Assembly: GCA_029856155.1 (NCBI GenBank)
Contig: JAHQWL010000055.1
Span: forward strand, 99,872-163,871
Origin: Promethearchaeia archaeon
Lineage (GTDB): Archaea; Asgardarchaeota; Lokiarchaeia; Sigyniarchaeales; SOKP01
Direction: 5' to 3'
DNA length: 64,000 nt
Part shown: piece after piece, positions 45,405 through 54,595 of the stretch
How the letters are laid out: every line of letters begins with the position of its first letter
Numbering within the stretch: position 1 is the first letter of the stretch
Program-made: the position numbers and the translations under genes
The notes under the pieces: model-generated
What the model saw: only the letters and a program-made list of their open reading frames with translations
Database searches by the model: none
Told to the model about the DNA's origin: nothing

Positions 45405-47654
45405 ATGGAAACTCAAGACGATAAACGTGAAGTTGATGAAGTTAAGTTTGTAAGGACAACATCAGCATTCGATTGTGGCGGACGATGTCCCCTTAAATTT
45501 CATGTAAAAAATGGTAAAATTATACGTGTTGAGGGCGATGATCTAGTTGATGAGGAAAATCAACTTAGAACCTGTGTAAAATGTCGTGCTCTTCGAAAAC
45601 AGATTTATCATCCAGAGAGGTTAAAATATCCATTGAAACGAGTAGGACCAAAAGGAGAGGGTAAGTTTGAACGCATTTCATGGGATGAAGCTTTGGATGA
45701 GATAGCTGAAAAACTCAAATATACGAAAGAAAAATACAGAAATGAAGCTATATTCCTTCCACAGAGTGGTGGATATATTGGTGCTTATCATCATCCTATA
45801 CTCGCTATGATGAGATTATTTACACATTTTGGTGGTTTCTCCACACATCATGGAAATGTTTCCTCTGAAGGCGCTGTTTGGGCTACCCAGGTTCAATATG
45901 GCTCTCCATTTGTAGGTCATAGCCGGGAAGACATGCTAAATTCAAAATTAATCATATTATGGGGTTGGGATCCAGCGAGAATGAACTCAGGAACAGATGC
46001 TCTGTACAACCTTGTTAAAGCTCACGAGAAAGGTGCTAAAGTTATAAGTATTAATCCTAGATACACAGATACAGATGTTGTTGTAGCAGATAAATGGATA
46101 CCTATTATACCTGGGACCGATGTGGCAATGATGGTTGCCATGGCTAATGTAATGATAAAAGAAAATCTCTATGATCAAGCATTCTTGGATAAATATACTG
46201 TTGGATTTGATAAATTCAAGGAATATGTAATGGGACAAGAGGATGGGGTTGAGAAAACACCCGAATGGGCAGAAAAGATCTGTAAGGTGCCCGCAGAAAC
46301 GATCAAAGAACTAGCTCTTGAATATGCCACCACTAACCCCACTGCGTTAATGGACTGTCAAGGACCGGCACGTAGTGCAATGGGGGGGCAGTATAATAGA
46401 GCTGCTATGACATTAACAGCAATGACTGGTAATGTTGGACGAAAAGGGGGTGCGGCTTGCGGAGGATTAATGGGTATTCCAATTGCTCATATGTTTTTTG
46501 GACCGATGATTCTACCTCCAAGTCGGAATCCAGTGGAAGAAAATCATCCTAAAAGAATATCAGTGAGAGGATCTGTGAACTTAAATCATCGCTTACGCAC
46601 AAGAGTTCATACTAATAAGATGTTTGATCAAATTTTAGAAGGGAAGAAAGGGGGTTATCCATACGACATCAAGTTTGGATGGTTTTGTGGCAATGATTTT
46701 TTAAATCAGTTGGGTAATTCTAATCGTAATGCAGAAGCATTAAAAAAACTTGAATATATGGTTAGTGTTGAACTATTCATGACACCAACAGCTAGATATG
46801 CGGATATAATATTACCAACCACTAGCATAGCAGAAAGATCGGATTTTACTCGTCCATGGCCATCTGGGCCATATTTTGGATACATGAATAAAGCCATTGA
46901 ACCAATAGGAGAGTGTAAGCATGATATAACCATTGCTGAGGAACTCGCAGAAAGATTAGGTATTGAAGATTTTAAACATTACGATGAGGAAAAACAATTA
47001 AAGAGGTTTTGGAGGGGTACAACAGATATTAAAAACCAGATTACCGATTATGAAAAATATAAAGAAGATGGAATATGGAGAGTGAAATTAGATGAACCTT
47101 ATGTAGCGTTTAAAAAACAAATTGAAGACCTTGAAAACAATCCTTTTAAAACACCCTCGGGAAAGATTGAGATCTTTTCCCAACGAGTGGCTGATATTGA
47201 CGATCCTAATTTACCCCCAATTCCTAAGTATCTAAGCACTTGGGAGGATAGATTTGATCCATTGATTGAAAAATATCCATTACAAATGCTTTCTCCGCAC
47301 CCTAAGAATAAAGTTCATTCCGATTTATATCACGTTGAATGGCTTAAAGAAGTTGATCCTCATAGGTGTTGGATTAATTCCGCTGATGCTGAGCCCAGAG
47401 GTATTAAAACAGGAGATTTAATATATGTTTATAATGATCGAGGGATTTTATCAATTGAAGCATGGGTTACAGAGCGAATTATCCCAGGAGTAATTATCAT
47501 ACATGAAGGAGCATGGTATACACCTGATGAGGAAGGTATTGATAGAGGTGGAAATCCGAATACTTTGACTAAAAATGCTCACGCTCCTGATGGGGCTTCT
47601 TGCTTAAAGACATGTCTTGTTCAAGTAAGTAAAGAAAAACGGAAGGTGAAATAA
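45405..47654 (+). CDS. DMSO-reductase-family Mo-bisPGD catalytic subunit (DmsA-like), no Tat signal
   Basis: SAFDCGGRC...C, RLKYPLKRVG, GNVSSEG (Ser-ligand loop), TPTARYADIILP, GAWY...DRGG. Confidence 0.9.
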   Translation: METQDDKREVDEVKFVRTTSAFDCGGRCPLKFHVKNGKIIRVEGDDLVDEENQLRTCVKCRALRKQIYHPERLKYPLKRVGPKGEGKFERISWDEALDEIAEKLKYTKEKYRNEAIFLPQSGGYIGAYHHPILAMMRLFTHFGGFSTHHGNVSSEGAVWATQVQYGSPFVGHSREDMLNSKLIILWGWDPARMNSGTDALYNLVKAHEKGAKVISINPRYTDTDVVVADKWIPIIPGTDVAMMVAMANVMIKENLYDQAFLDKYTVGFDKFKEYVMGQEDGVEKTPEWAEKICKVPAETIKELALEYATTNPTALMDCQGPARSAMGGQYNRAAMTLTAMTGNVGRKGGAACGGLMGIPIAHMFFGPMILPPSRNPVEENHPKRISVRGSVNLNHRLRTRVHTNKMFDQILEGKKGGYPYDIKFGWFCGNDFLNQLGNSNRNAEALKKLEYMVSVELFMTPTARYADIILPTTSIAERSDFTRPWPSGPYFGYMNKAIEPIGECKHDITIAEELAERLGIEDFKHYDEEKQLKRFWRGTTDIKNQITDYEKYKEDGIWRVKLDEPYVAFKKQIEDLENNPFKTPSGKIEIFSQRVADIDDPNLPPIPKYLSTWEDRFDPLIEKYPLQMLSPHPKNKVHSDLYHVEWLKEVDPHRCWINSADAEPRGIKTGDLIYVYNDRGILSIEAWVTERIIPGVIIIHEGAWYTPDEEGIDRGGNPNTLTKNAHAPDGASCLKTCLVQVSKEKRKVK

Positions 47655-47655
47655 A

Positions 47656-48216
47656 ATGCAGATTGGTTTCTATTTTGATCAAACTCGATGTACTGGATGT
47701 GCTGCATGCATGGTAGCCTGCAAAGATTGGAATGATATTCCAGCAGGACCAGAATTTTGGATGAAAATACTTTATAATGAAGAAGGAAAGACTCCAAACG
47801 TTTTTGTAAGTTATTTAGTAAGATCGTGTTATCATTGTGAAGACCCCGTTTGTATCCCCGTTTGCCCTGTCAATGCCATAACAAAAAGAGAAGAAGATGG
47901 AATAGTCATTGTAGATAGTAATAAATGTCTAGGCAACGAGGAATGTGATTCTAAATGCTTAAAAGCATGCCCTTATGGTGCACCCCAATTTGGACCCGAA
48001 AAAGGTGCTAAGATGCGAAAATGCACTTTTTGTTTAGATAGGACCCTAGAGAATAAAATACCCGTTTGTGTTCAAACCTGCCGACCAAGAGCTCTCTATG
48101 TGGGTAATTTAGAAGAACTCAAAGAAAAATATGGAAATATTCGGGAAGCGGATAATTTTAAATACTCAGATCGTACTAAACCGGCTATTATTTTTAAACC
48201 AAAAAAGAAAAATTAA
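47656..48216 (+). CDS. DmsB-like 4Fe-4S electron transfer subunit
   Basis: GFYFDQTRCTGCAACMVACKDWN, CYHCEDPVCIPVCP, ACPYGAPQF, KCTFC. Confidence 0.92.
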   Translation: MQIGFYFDQTRCTGCAACMVACKDWNDIPAGPEFWMKILYNEEGKTPNVFVSYLVRSCYHCEDPVCIPVCPVNAITKREEDGIVIVDSNKCLGNEECDSKCLKACPYGAPQFGPEKGAKMRKCTFCLDRTLENKIPVCVQTCRPRALYVGNLEELKEKYGNIREADNFKYSDRTKPAIIFKPKKKN

Positions 48217-48348
48217 AATTCAAATAGATTCATTTTTTTTATCATTTTATTCAGAAATGCTTATAAAATCTCAGTAAATCTTTAAAATAAAACACTTATC
48301 GTAATTAGATGTTTAATGAAAATTGGTATTCATCATATATAAATCTAG

Positions 48349-48383
48349 ATAAATAGACTATGTATATATAAATAGACTACGTA
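48349..48383. repeat. Tandem 16-nt direct repeat upstream of the PfkB gene
   Basis: ataaatagactatgta (48349-48364) and ataaatagactacgta (48368-48383), one mismatch, 19-nt period. Confidence 0.6.
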
Positions 48384-48540
48384 AACATCGAATTCTTACC
48401 ATTAAATTATACGCTTTTGAGGACATTTTGTCAAAGTTTTTTTGAAAAAATAAGATTAATAATAAACATACGAGAATATTTATATCAAATCATTTTTTTA
48501 ATGTTTTTTAGAATTGAACTAATGATGGCCTGGATTATAT

Positions 48541-49485
48541 ATGGTTGATGTTATAGCAATTGGAGAATTACTCATAGATATGATTGCGGATAAGCCAGGA
48601 ACACCTTTAGAGGAACAAATTACTTTTAATCGGTTTGCTGGAGGTGCTCCTGCTAATTTTGCAGTTGGAGTCCAACGATTAGGCATTTCATCAGGCATGA
48701 TAACAAAGGTTGGTAATGATTTCTTTGGTCATTTTTTAATTAACAAGCTCAAAAAAGCTCAAGTTGATATAAGCCAAATAAAATTGTCAGATGAGTATAA
48801 AACTGCATTAGCGTTTGTAGGATTAGATGAAAAAATGACTCCGAGTTTTTCATTTTATCGATCTCCTTGTGCAGATATCATGTTAAAGGAGGAAGAAATT
48901 GATGAGGATTACATTAAATCCGCTAAATTACTAATGTGTGGAACAGTATCAATGGCTGATGAGCCTGCTCGTAGTGCCATTTTTAAGGCAATTGAATATG
49001 CCAAGAAACATGGTTTACAAGTAGCATGTGATCCAAATCTTCGCGATAATTTATGGCATTTTAAGGATCCAAGAGAACATATTTTTAGGGTTTTAAAAGA
49101 CACGGATATTTTTTTACCCTCTCTTTCTGAAGCAGAATTTATTACAGGAGAAAAAGGAGAAAAGGCAATTGAAGCGGTATTGGAATTAGGGCCTTCCATT
49201 ATTGGTATTACTCATGGGGCGGAAGGATCAACTCTATTAACCAAAGATGGAAAATTCTCAGCTTCTTCCTATAAAGTTGATGTAGTGGACACAACTGGAG
49301 CAGGTGATGCATATGCTGCGGGCTTAATTACGGGATTGCTAACAAACATACCTTTAGAGAAAATTCCTTATTTTGCAAACGCGGTTTCAGCTCTAAAAAT
49401 AACACGAAAAGGTGCTATGAATATCCCTAGTCGTTTAGAAGTTGAAAGTTTTATGAAATCTTACAAAACTCTAAACAATAATTGA
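48541..49485 (+). CDS. PfkB-family carbohydrate kinase (fructokinase-like)
   Basis: IGELLID, GGAPANFA, DPNLR, VDTTGAGDAY. Confidence 0.92.
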   Translation: MVDVIAIGELLIDMIADKPGTPLEEQITFNRFAGGAPANFAVGVQRLGISSGMITKVGNDFFGHFLINKLKKAQVDISQIKLSDEYKTALAFVGLDEKMTPSFSFYRSPCADIMLKEEEIDEDYIKSAKLLMCGTVSMADEPARSAIFKAIEYAKKHGLQVACDPNLRDNLWHFKDPREHIFRVLKDTDIFLPSLSEAEFITGEKGEKAIEAVLELGPSIIGITHGAEGSTLLTKDGKFSASSYKVDVVDTTGAGDAYAAGLITGLLTNIPLEKIPYFANAVSALKITRKGAMNIPSRLEVESFMKSYKTLNNN

Positions 49486-49495
49486 AAGGAAGACA

Positions 49496-49678
49496 ATGTT
49501 AGCAAATAAGGATCAGATAAAAGAGCGAGTAATTAGGATTGAAAAACAATATTTGAATTTCCCCGTTAGGCAGGGTGCCAGTAGACGGTTGATAAGACTC
49601 GTTATCGATAGTAAAATTATACGTGAGTTTGTTTTAATTCTTCAAATTTTTTTTTATTTAATTCATAAAGGCTTATGA
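49496..49678 (+). pseudogene. 5' remnant resembling the N-terminal domain of GH32 levanase/fructofuranosidase
   Basis: IRIEKQYLNFPVRQGASRRLIRLVIDSKIIREF resembles the N-terminus of some GH32 proteins (from recall); AAGGAAG RBS; the frame decays into AT-rich sequence. Confidence 0.55.
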
Positions 49679-49812
49679 AGTCTCGGTTAATCATTTTACT
49701 ATAAAAAAGAAAATAAAAAATTTTAGTCTTAAATTACTTTTCAGAAACCGATTTATCTAAATCAGGAGTAATCATTTTTGTGGTATTTTTCTCATTGAAT
49801 TTCACTCTACTC

Positions 49813-51294
49813 TTATTTATTATTTAACTCATCATCAATTCCAGCTATTTTTTTAACCATCGTTTTTCTGGATTCAATATCATATTGGGTGGTAATAGCT
49901 ATCTCCTCCATAACAGGGCTTCCTCCTCCATGATAATTTCCAAAAAGAGAAATTCCACTACTTGCAGAACACAAACTATCACCTACATACCGCCAGAATT
50001 GTGCGGCATTTTCAGGCGCGATCTTTGGATTTCTAGTAATATATTTATATAATTGATCCCTGAGTTTTGAGTTCATAAAATCTTTTTCATGGGGAAAAGT
50101 CGCTGGAATGCCTCCACAAAGATCAACAATTATCTCAGCTTCGCGAAATACACTTTCTCCTGATATACATCTGCCAACATTGCAATAAATTGAATCTGGA
50201 ATATAGCTACCTGGGCCATAAGGAATAAATCCTACCCCAGGCATATAGACTTCTGATTTCCCTAAATCTGAAGCAGTGTACCCAGCAGCATATCCAAGTT
50301 CAGTTATAAGGATTAATTCTGCTAATTTATGCCTAAAATGGGAAGCCCTTGCGAAGTTATTATACTCAGCTGCTAACGCAGCAGTCCCAACTGTTAAATC
50401 TCCAATTGCTGGTTTACACCCCGAGTAACTATGGCGGTGAAAGAGACCAAAAAGTAGAGCAAGGGCACCACCATGCTGGTGTTCACCACACAAAAATACT
50501 CTTTCCCAAGGAACGAATACATCGTCAAAAATTATATATGAATCCGTGCCTCCTGGTGTAAAACCACGTGGAAAATGTTCTCTTTTTCGGAGATTGTGAA
50601 CTGTCACCACGTGGGTTACTCCTTCATAATCTGCAGGTACAGCAAATGAAACAGCATAATCTTTATCTTCTGGCCGTAATGCCCTCGTAGGCATAACTAG
50701 AAGTTCGTCTGAAACTGATGCTTCCGAGATATTAAGCTTACAGCCTCTAACTATAATTCCATCCTTCTTTTTTTCAACAACATGGACATACATATCAGGA
50801 TCCGCTTGATCAGCAGGACGTTTGATTCGATCGCCTTTTACATCAGTTTGAGCGCCAGCTGCTACTAAATCTTCTTGTTGAAATCTTAAAAGCCATTTTT
50901 TAAAATTTTCATGGTAATGAGACTCTCCATTATTTAGTTTATCAGCCTCATATGAAACATTGTATATCGCATTTGCTGCATCGCAACCCATGCAACGTTG
51001 AATGCATCCACCAACTTTTTGGCATAATTTCCGTACCATGTCTTGCTTTTTATGAAGATCATCGGTACTATGATTAATATGCGTAAATCGATTAATGATC
51101 TCACCTGTAAGATGAGATTTTACTTGTATTAAATCTTTGTATTCAGGATCATTGAAAGCATCGAAAGTAGTTCCTATCGTATTAAAACAATCCGTATGAA
51201 GATCATCTAACCTATCGAATTCTTTTCCATCGTAATACAGATTTGGTTTCATCCGACCTAAATCTTTAATGTACTGTTCTTTTGTTCTAACCAT
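49813..51294 (-). CDS. abfD: 4-hydroxybutyryl-CoA dehydratase / vinylacetyl-CoA isomerase family
   Basis: CIQRC and HRHSYSGCK (3 Cys + His cluster ligands of AbfD), TDVKGDR, HGGGSP. Confidence 0.82.
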   Translation of the reverse strand: MVRTKEQYIKDLGRMKPNLYYDGKEFDRLDDLHTDCFNTIGTTFDAFNDPEYKDLIQVKSHLTGEIINRFTHINHSTDDLHKKQDMVRKLCQKVGGCIQRCMGCDAANAIYNVSYEADKLNNGESHYHENFKKWLLRFQQEDLVAAGAQTDVKGDRIKRPADQADPDMYVHVVEKKKDGIIVRGCKLNISEASVSDELLVMPTRALRPEDKDYAVSFAVPADYEGVTHVVTVHNLRKREHFPRGFTPGGTDSYIIFDDVFVPWERVFLCGEHQHGGALALLFGLFHRHSYSGCKPAIGDLTVGTAALAAEYNNFARASHFRHKLAELILITELGYAAGYTASDLGKSEVYMPGVGFIPYGPGSYIPDSIYCNVGRCISGESVFREAEIIVDLCGGIPATFPHEKDFMNSKLRDQLYKYITRNPKIAPENAAQFWRYVGDSLCSASSGISLFGNYHGGGSPVMEEIAITTQYDIESRKTMVKKIAGIDDELNNK

Positions 51295-51392
51295 TTCTCA
51301 TCAATTTTTTTAAAAAGTTTTTTTATAAATTTCTTAGTTAAATAGTTTATGTATATTTATAACACTTTAATTTTAATATATTTCTCTTTTTT

Positions 51393-51967
51393 TTAAAAAT
51401 AAAAATGATAATATAAAAAAAGGTTATTCAAACTTGCTTGAGATATTAAAACTGCTATAAACACCTCACCCTCAATGCCAATTCCCGTATGAGAAATTGA
51501 ACCATCGATTTCTGCATAATACTTAGCAAGATTTGGGCACCCCGGTGTTAACAATCCCCAAATATTAGCTCTCATTTGAGCACCTATAAAATCAAAATAG
51601 AAATTGTTTAGGGTTCCAGATTGAGGAGGTTTAATACCCGCTTTAAGATTATTTAGAGCTATCTTTTCTGCTGTAAATACATAATCTTCTCTATTAAGGA
51701 GATTTACCCATTCGAGAGCGACTTGTTCAGCTTTTATATCAATACCATATTTTTCTAATGCTAGTAAAGCAATAATCTCATACATTTCATTATCATTAAC
51801 ATGATTAAGATCTATTGGTTCGGGATAATTAGTGGTAATACCATATTTATTTTTAATGTCCTCATAAGATTTCAATTCAACAGGGACACCTACGTAATCC
51901 CCGGCAACCGACCTATCCATGAACCCAAAACCTTATTATAATAATCAATATTACTAATTTCTTTCAT
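51393..51967 (-). pseudogene. ADP-ribosylglycohydrolase pseudogene (frameshift plus 3' truncation)
   Basis: ATG at 51967 gives MKEISNIDYYNKVLGSWIGR; a one-base loss at 51908-51909 shifts into VAGDYVGVPVE...NDNEMYE...FIGAQMRA; ends after LISQA with no DTDCN motif. Confidence 0.85.
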
Positions 51968-52098
51968 TTTTGAATAATACTCGAGAATTAATTGAAAACA
52001 AAATAATAAATGAAATATGTATATTTAATAAATAATTCTTAATTAAATAGATTATTACGCTACTTAAAAAAAATTAATGGATAAGGAGAGAGTATAGT

Positions 52099-53151
52099 AT
52101 GGTTTTAGAGACAAATTTAACTAAAATGTTAGGAATTAAGCATCCCATTGTTGCAGCTCCTATGGGTCCATTCTATACAACTGAATTGACAATTGCTGTT
52201 TCAGAAGCTGGAGGACTAGGTGTGCTAAGTCATAGTGCCCTATTGAGCGATTATATGAGCGGAAAGAATCCAGTAAATATTATGAAGGAAAATATGCTTA
52301 AAGTTGTAGAGCATACGGATAAACCTTTTGGTTTTAATATAAGAACATCTCGAAGAGAAACTCATGCACTACAGTTTGTCAAAGATATTCCAAAGTTTAT
52401 AATGGAAAATCAAAGATTGAAAGAGCAGTGTCTTTATGCGATCACGAGTGCTGGTTCTTCAAGAACATTAGAACAATCAAAATCTTTTCAAAAATTAAAG
52501 GAAAGTGGTTCAAATATTAAACACTTTCATGTAGCCCCCGCATTATGGCTTGCAGATAAATGTGTTGCATCTAAGGTTGATGGATTGGTAGTAACTGGTG
52601 GAGAAGGTGGAGGACATCAATCTTATGAGAAAATTAGCACTTTAGTTCTACTTCAACAAGTTATGGAAAAATATCCAGATTTTCCCGTAATAGCATGTGG
52701 AGGTTTTGCTACGGGTGAAGGACTTGCAGCTGCTTTAGCTATAGGTGCAGGAGCTATTGCAATGGGTTCTAGATTTATTGCATCTAAAGAAAGTGAATTT
52801 AGTGAAACGTATAAAGGGGTAGTTCCTTCTGCAAAAGCTCAAGATACAGTATTAGTAACTGGCGCACTAGGACCAATAAGGCTCTGGAAAAATGAATATT
52901 CTTTGCATCATGGGCTTGTATCAGATAAAGACGCAAAGATGGCTGAAGAAGCAGCTATGTCTCAGGAAGATATAATAGAAGAAGGAAGAGCCTATGAAGC
53001 CGCATACTTAGGAGATATTAATTCAGGAGCGGTTTTATTAGGGCAGAGCATAGGTGTTATTAAAAGTTTAGAATCTGTAAAAGAAATTATAGAAGATATT
53101 GTCCAAGAAGCGGAAAAACGCTTAAAAAATGCTCATAGCTACATTAAGTAG
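52099..53151 (+). CDS. Nitronate monooxygenase / FabK-like FMN enzyme, paralog of 38058..39089
   Basis: LGIKHPIVAAPMG, EGGGHQSYE, ACGGFATGEG, MGSRF. Confidence 0.88.
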   Translation: MVLETNLTKMLGIKHPIVAAPMGPFYTTELTIAVSEAGGLGVLSHSALLSDYMSGKNPVNIMKENMLKVVEHTDKPFGFNIRTSRRETHALQFVKDIPKFIMENQRLKEQCLYAITSAGSSRTLEQSKSFQKLKESGSNIKHFHVAPALWLADKCVASKVDGLVVTGGEGGGHQSYEKISTLVLLQQVMEKYPDFPVIACGGFATGEGLAAALAIGAGAIAMGSRFIASKESEFSETYKGVVPSAKAQDTVLVTGALGPIRLWKNEYSLHHGLVSDKDAKMAEEAAMSQEDIIEEGRAYEAAYLGDINSGAVLLGQSIGVIKSLESVKEIIEDIVQEAEKRLKNAHSYIK

Positions 53152-53160
53152 ACCAAAGTC

Positions 53161-53193
53161 AAGTTTTTTTTCTTTTCTATTTTATATTTTTTT
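53161..53193 (+). terminator. T-rich archaeal-type intrinsic terminator candidate
   Basis: Several oligo-T tracts just after the stop of 52099..53151. Confidence 0.45.
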
Positions 53194-53409
53194 CAACAAA
53201 TTTCACATAATTATTATTTCTTTCATTTAAGTTTCTTAAAGTCTTAAGAGCTAGATTTTTAACAGTATATTTGTTCCCATAATTTCTAGTTCGGTATCTA
53301 TCTTAAAGTTCTAATGAAAAATGTTTTTCTTTGACCAATAATTTAAGACTTTTCAAATATTATAAATAAGTAGTATAATCGTATAGTTAAAAAAAAAAAT
53401 ATAATCTCA

Positions 53410-54483
53410 TTGGTGATAAAGATTAAACCCATTAATAAATTCAAAATTTTTAAATCCGACGCTGCTCCCTTTTTCTTTTATATAGAAATCTTCCCTCCAG
53501 ATCTTTCAATGTTCAAATCACCACAAATAAGAACTCTATTAGATTCAATACAAACGAATCCTATTATGCCATTACCTATGAGGGTGGATCGTGTATTTAA
53601 TGGTGAACAATCAGTTTTAATTCGTCCAAGAGAACCAATATCTTTGTTAGTTATGGATGATATTAATGCAATAATCAATCCTGCCGCTTTTCTTCAATTC
53701 GGGATAGAAAAATTGCTATATTTTACTGAAGTTCGCGCTTTTGAAAAGCTTTTTCCTTCATTGAACATAGAAAAAGTAAAAAAATGGTGGGATTCAACAA
53801 AGTTTCTTTATTCAAAACTCTTACGTCTTGAAGAGGATTTTTCAGCATTCATAAAAGCTTATATTCATACCATGGTGAAAGCTAAACTTAATGAAGAAGA
53901 TTTAGTTAGTGAAGCAATAAAATATTGTCAAATAGTATCAGATTCGTGTAATAAGAGAATAAAAGAAAATTCAATATTGATAGAAAAACCAAATCATGAA
54001 ATTAAAGTTAGTATGTATAAAGAAAAAGTAGCAAAATATTATAAAAAATTTAAAAAAGTAGAAGAAGTTCAATATCATCCAGAACTTGTAGATATCGATG
54101 TTTTTGACCTTTCTGAGAGAGGTTTTAACACCGATATAAATAATCATAACTCAATTTTAGATGAATTGAGACCAAGCGTAATAAAATATATTCCGCTTCT
54201 TTTCTATGACGATTTACTTGAGTGTATGCTCCAAAATTTGAAAAAATTAGATGATGGAGAGGAAAATTTATTAGATCCTTCATTAGTATTAGATACCAAC
54301 GTAATAATTCTACAAAAATCAGAAGATTTAGAAAATCTGAAAATCCAAAATTATTCTTGGTTTAGTACTTTTGATACTATAAATTTAGAATCAATTGTTC
54401 AATCAATAGCAACTACTAAGTATCAATTTTTTAAATCATATGCTGAACATGATAAACGAGTACCCAAATTTCCTAATTCTTAA
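53410..54483 (+). CDS. Hypothetical protein
   Basis: 357-codon ORF with typical composition and no recognised motif. Confidence 0.75.
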   Translation: MVIKIKPINKFKIFKSDAAPFFFYIEIFPPDLSMFKSPQIRTLLDSIQTNPIMPLPMRVDRVFNGEQSVLIRPREPISLLVMDDINAIINPAAFLQFGIEKLLYFTEVRAFEKLFPSLNIEKVKKWWDSTKFLYSKLLRLEEDFSAFIKAYIHTMVKAKLNEEDLVSEAIKYCQIVSDSCNKRIKENSILIEKPNHEIKVSMYKEKVAKYYKKFKKVEEVQYHPELVDIDVFDLSERGFNTDINNHNSILDELRPSVIKYIPLLFYDDLLECMLQNLKKLDDGEENLLDPSLVLDTNVIILQKSEDLENLKIQNYSWFSTFDTINLESIVQSIATTKYQFFKSYAEHDKRVPKFPNS

Positions 54484-54595
54484 AGTAGTTTTAGTGCTAA
54501 TTATTAATATTTAACTAGTTAATAAATAATATTAAAAAATAGGATTAGCTATCTTTATTTTAAGGATATATAAGAAGAACCTTACAAATGAGTCA

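Noticed and set aside
49813-51294. 4-hydroxyphenylacetate 3-monooxygenase (same fold family)
   Set aside because: Fe-S ligand motifs CxxRC and HRxSYxGC identify the AbfD branch
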